Assembly (NCBI GenBank): GCA_002269645.1
Contig: NIVC01001660.1
Location: forward strand, 1-64,000
Source of the DNA: Macrostomum lignano
Taxonomy: Eukaryota
Direction of reading: 5' to 3'
Length of the DNA stretch: 64,000 nt
The position numbers and the translations under genes were made by a program. This document shows positions 59,696-64,000 of the stretch, piece by piece; positions within the stretch are counted from its first letter, which is position 1; every line of letters starts with the position of its first letter. Under the pieces are notes generated by a model. It worked only from the letters and a program-made list of their open reading frames with translations, did no database searches and was not told the DNA's origin.

Positions 59696-61739
59696 GGAAC
59701 GCCGCAGGCGGGCAGGTCAGGGCCAAGATCAGAATCACGCAAGATCTAGGCCACGCATTAACCACTTAATGTGGCGATTGAAGCTAATGTGAAAAAGTTT
59801 TTGCAACTTGCGACTACTGAACTGTAGAGGCTACTTTCGTCAGTAGTCTCTAAAATTCCCCTTATTACCGCAATACAAAGTGGCCTATCTAGAGAATATA
59901 AGATCCATGGGCAGGGGAACGGTAACAAAGATTCAGAACAATCAGAGTTCATATTTAGCAAGTACAGAAACGTAACTGAGAATATCACTGGGCTCATCAC
60001 GTTACTTTTTGATTGTATTTTTATATAACAGAATGTTTACTCCGACGAATATTGAATGAAGTCAAGTGAAAACTAAACTCGCAATAGGCTGGATGAAACT
60101 ATAAACTTCTGGCAGTGCAAAAGCAGCGCGATGTGAGAGTGAGAGCGCGATTTTAATACAGGAAACAAAACTGTCGTATACATGCAGAAACAATTACAAT
60201 TCGTTTCCTATAAGAATGATGGCAAAAGTCGGAAGTGAAAGGCTAACCAACCAAACAAATTATTTACAACTGACAAAACTGTCAAAGGTAGCCAGGGTAA
60301 ATCGATCGCTCTCATTTAAACAAAAGTTAATTACAAATGGCGAAAGCTGTTTAACCGATTGCTTCAACACCACAGCAATACGAAGAAAGCTAATTAAACA
60401 ATAAATCAATGATTGAATACTTGCAGAGAAATCAGATTCAAGTAACATGTAAATCTGATTTTACATGTGCGTTCATATTCCGAGAAGCCATAAGTCATTG
60501 CAGCACAGTTTTATCGTGCGTCTGCATCAGCTATCAAGAATTCATCTAGATCCACAACAGAACTGAAACTCGTCAAGCCAGTGGGTGCAATCACAATTCG
60601 CTATCAATAAGACTGGCAATGTGTCAGGGTTTGTAAAAGCGAACAATTTATGAAAAAGCGATACAATCCTACTAAATTAGTCACTCGACTTTGTAAGCTT
60701 TACTTAAAAGCACTTTAAAATTAAACTGCCTACAAAGAAAAGCGTATTAAGGTTGTGCTGCAGTGGAGCTGGTGATACACAAATACCTCTCGATCAGGAC
60801 TGCAAATTGGACAGAAAGACCGACATGAACGAAGCCAGTCAGCAAACGGCCGGGGCGCAACGTGATGAAACAACCATGAGAGCATCATGATGTACCAAAA
60901 ACTGACTTTCGAAGCACTCGAGGATCTGCTAAAGGATCTGCGCTGCAATAACCAGCTATATAATGGGTTGGTATCACCCAGCAACTCTCTAGAGACTTTA
61001 GACATGGGATCGGCAAACCTTTTTACCTGGAGGGCAAGATAGAGAATCCAAGATCATGACTGTTTGCCAGATGAGAGAGGAAAGGAGAGGGAATAGAGGA
61101 GAGAGAAAAGGAAAGATAAGATGAAATATGAGATGGTAGAGAAGATAAGAAGAGAGAAAAAGGGAAGAGACATTGGAGATTAGAAAAAAGAAAATAGAGG
61201 GAAGAGACGAGAGAGAAGTTTCGAAGGACCTAAGGAATGGAGAGAGAGGCCAGAGGCCAGAGTCCAGAGCTTGTAACGCATGTTTAGACAGATGTTGCCT
61301 GTCATCGACATCATTCCGCGCGGCACCCCAGCCGAAGAGATCCAATGCTTGCCTCAAATTTTGCATCTGTGGCAATCAGTTAAAAAGCTGCAATTGGGAA
61401 CCAGCATTAGGGCCGCAGTTTATGGGGATAAAACGGCTTATATCAATTTTGAGTCCCAAGAATGAAACAAGCATAACTTTACATTTGAGCGAATCTCTAG
61501 GAGATGATTCTAAGCCCGATCAGACAGGAATATGTTTTAAGAATGTATGCAAAAACAGTCCCGGGATTGGAATTCAACGGGTTCAAAATCAAGCTTGTCT
61601 ATAGAAATGAATACTCTGTCTGTCTGTGTGTCTGTGTACAAAGTTGATCACTATGGACTCCCAAACCGCAAATATTGTAGTGTAATAAAATTATTGAATT
61701 CAGACAATCACTGCCTAGTGCTGCCTGGAGGGCCATTAA

Positions 61740-63175
61740 CCAGCTGACTGGCAGGAAGCCCAGGCTCAACATAATATTCGGTGCTGATTCCACCGAGCAC
61801 CGCAAGGCCTTGCTGGCCACCCACTACCGCGAGGTGCTCAACGCGCGTCTTCTGCCAATCCCAGACTTCGCTATAGCCCAGGCAGGTGCCTTCAACACCG
61901 GCCCCTTCACTTCAGGCGAGGTTGGCCGAGCGCTGACGACCATGCGAGCTGATGCCGCTTCTGGGGTTGACACCATCCGTCCCAGGGTCCTGAAGCTGCC
62001 TGAGCTCCACTCCAAGCATCACCAGCTTGCTGAACAAGCACTGCAGCCTTGGAGGCAACGAGGCTGCCCCAGCTCCTCAGCAATGGCGCACCTCCAAGAT
62101 TGTCTCCACCAGCCTCCACCAGCCTGGACAACCAGCGGGGCATCGCTCTGGAATGCACAACGCCGAAGCTGCTGACCGCAATTCTGCACATCCGCCTCCT
62201 GCCCGGCCTCAACCCGCTGCTGCTGAGCCAACAAAGCGGCTTCCGTCCAGGCAGGTCCACCACCGAGCAGGTTGTCACCATCCGCTCTGTCATCGAGGCC
62301 TGCAAGACTTGCCAGCGTTCCGTGTCAATAATCTTTGTCGACTTTCGCAAGGCGTTTACACGATGGGTGTCCAGGCCTGCAATCGGGTGGCTTCTATCTC
62401 ACTATGAAGAAACTGCTGCGCTGGTGAGCGCGGTGATGGACCTCTACCGCGACTCCAGGGCCTTTGTCGATCATTTCGAGCGATGGCATCACAGAACAGT
62501 TCGGCACCAGCTCAGGCGTCCTTCAGGGCGACACGCTGGCTCCCCTGCTTTCCTTCGTGGTTGTGGACTACATTTACGTGCTTCGTCGGTCCCTTCGCGA
62601 GGATGACAGCTACTTGCTGGTCTCACGCCGAAGCTCCAGACGCCCTGCTGTTTTGCTTCCCGCTCTCCGTATGCTGCCCAGTGGGCTCTCACAAGGCTCT
62701 GCGACGTGGGTGCCCGTGTTGGGCTGCTGGTGAATTCTCGCAAGACAAAGGTGCTGCACGTGGGCACGAATACCGCCCCAAACTCTCACGCTGCGGTATG
62801 CGAGGACTTCCGGTACCTCGGCGCACTGGTGATGAACCTCGATGCGATTTTCTCTGACAGAAAGAACCAGGCCTGGCGCGCCGCGCACCTCCTCAGGAAC
62901 ATCTTCGATTCAGCTGCCAGAGACGACCTGAAGGTCTGACCTGTTCTGTTCGGCCGTAGAGCCGATCCTCTTGCAGGGCATGGAGGCGGTGCGGCTGACC
63001 GTCACGCGAAGGCGAGCCCTGGACGCGCTCTACCGATCGCTGCTGCGCTACGCGCTGGGCGTGCACCACGCGGAGCGCCAGCCGACATGCGCTGGAGCAC
63101 CACCCTGAGCGCTATCCTGCGCCGGCGTCGTCAGATGCTCCTGGGCCACTGCCTACGGACCCTGGACCGCGGTGT
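61740..63175 (+). mobile_element. Degenerate non-LTR retrotransposon RT (RTE-like)
   Basis: NQRGIAL, QQSGFRPGRST, IFVDFRKAF, GVLQGDTLAP, GLLVNSRKTK, FRYLG, LLGHCLR across frameshifts. The YADD region is missing. Confidence 0.85.
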
Positions 63176-63544
63176 GCAACAGACAACAGAAAACAGGAAA
63201 CAGACAGCACAGGTAGCTCCGCACAGGCCAGCAGATCGAGTGCAAGTGCGGCAGAAGGAGAGCAAACCCAGAATAGAAGCCCTCGATCACAGAAAAGATC
63301 AATCCCGTCGGCTCAAGGTTGGTGTTATTTTTCAGCTCGCTTTTTTCTATTCTCTTCTTTCTCCCCACTCTCCTCAATCCCCTCTTCTCTTATCTTATCT
63401 TCTATCTTTTCTGTCATCTCTCGCCTCTCTTCTCTTCTGTCATCTCTTATCTTCTATTCCCTACCCTATCCACTCTCATCAGATCTGCAGCCATGAGCTG
63501 GATTCTTTATCTGGCCCATGACGTAAAAAGCTTGCCTATCCTTG

Positions 63545-63710
63545 CTCCACTGGAGCTTGCGGGAACGCCATCGCCGCACAACCTCCAGTTAAAAGTGGGT
63601 GCACCAATTATACTACTTACTGCGCAATGTAAATGCCAAGCAACTCTTTTCGAATTGGATTGAGGCAAAAATCGTGACAGAATCTGGCAAAGGGAAATCT
63701 TTGTCTCTGA
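63545..63710 (+). pseudogene. Helitron/PIF1 helicase fragment
   Basis: LELAGTPSPHNLQLKVGAPIILL...WIEAKIVT resembles the PPHxLxLKxGxPIxLL motif of Helitron helicases. Confidence 0.6.
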
Positions 63711-64000
63711 CTTAGCTGAGCTGGTGGGTTGAAATGATCTGACGGAGTCGATGACTTGCAATAATTGCGCCTATTCTGACTAATGAAGCTTCTGTTGAAT
63801 GTAACTATGCTGTTCCATCCTTGGAGTCACAAAGTAATCATTTTGGATCTTTTCTATAACGCCATCGGTGCCACATTGAGAGTGTTTGAGTTGATAGAGC
63901 GGATCACAAATAGCAATCACAAATGTTTAAGAATCCTCTCGAATCCTTGATCAGGAGATTAAAAAGCTATTTTTACTGGAAAGGTTTTAACGGGAAAATA

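Overview
Eukaryotic (metazoan) genomic DNA with spliceosomal introns. Gene content and style suggest an invertebrate, possibly a free-living flatworm; this is inference only. Host genes: an intron-containing tRNA-Tyr; a 3-exon heparan sulfate 3-O-sulfotransferase (HS3ST-like) gene; two paralogues encoding a secreted PAN/Apple-like + Thr-rich + ALK/LTK-type glycine-rich-domain protein; and five loci of an intronless class A GPCR family, only one of which is intact. The first HS3ST intron holds a 13-kb young LTR element with 2.1-2.2 kb LTRs, a 4-bp TSD, a tRNA-Leu PBS and a PPT. It has gag and protease but no RT, RNase H or integrase. Instead it carries an intact 449-aa orphan ORF with its own promoter motifs and a candidate -1 frameshift signal. 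At 42-48 kb is a four-layer nest: a GPCR copy split by a Ginger-type transposon, itself split by a Crypton-type tyrosine-recombinase element, itself split by a foldback MITE. All three junction pairs can be reconstructed. The window also has two adjacent minisatellites (not CRISPR), two SINEs, and DIRS, LINE, Tc1, Helitron and Harbinger/hAT remnants. Many single-base frameshifts could be long-read assembly errors rather than real decay. All family assignments are from motif recognition by eye, not database searches.
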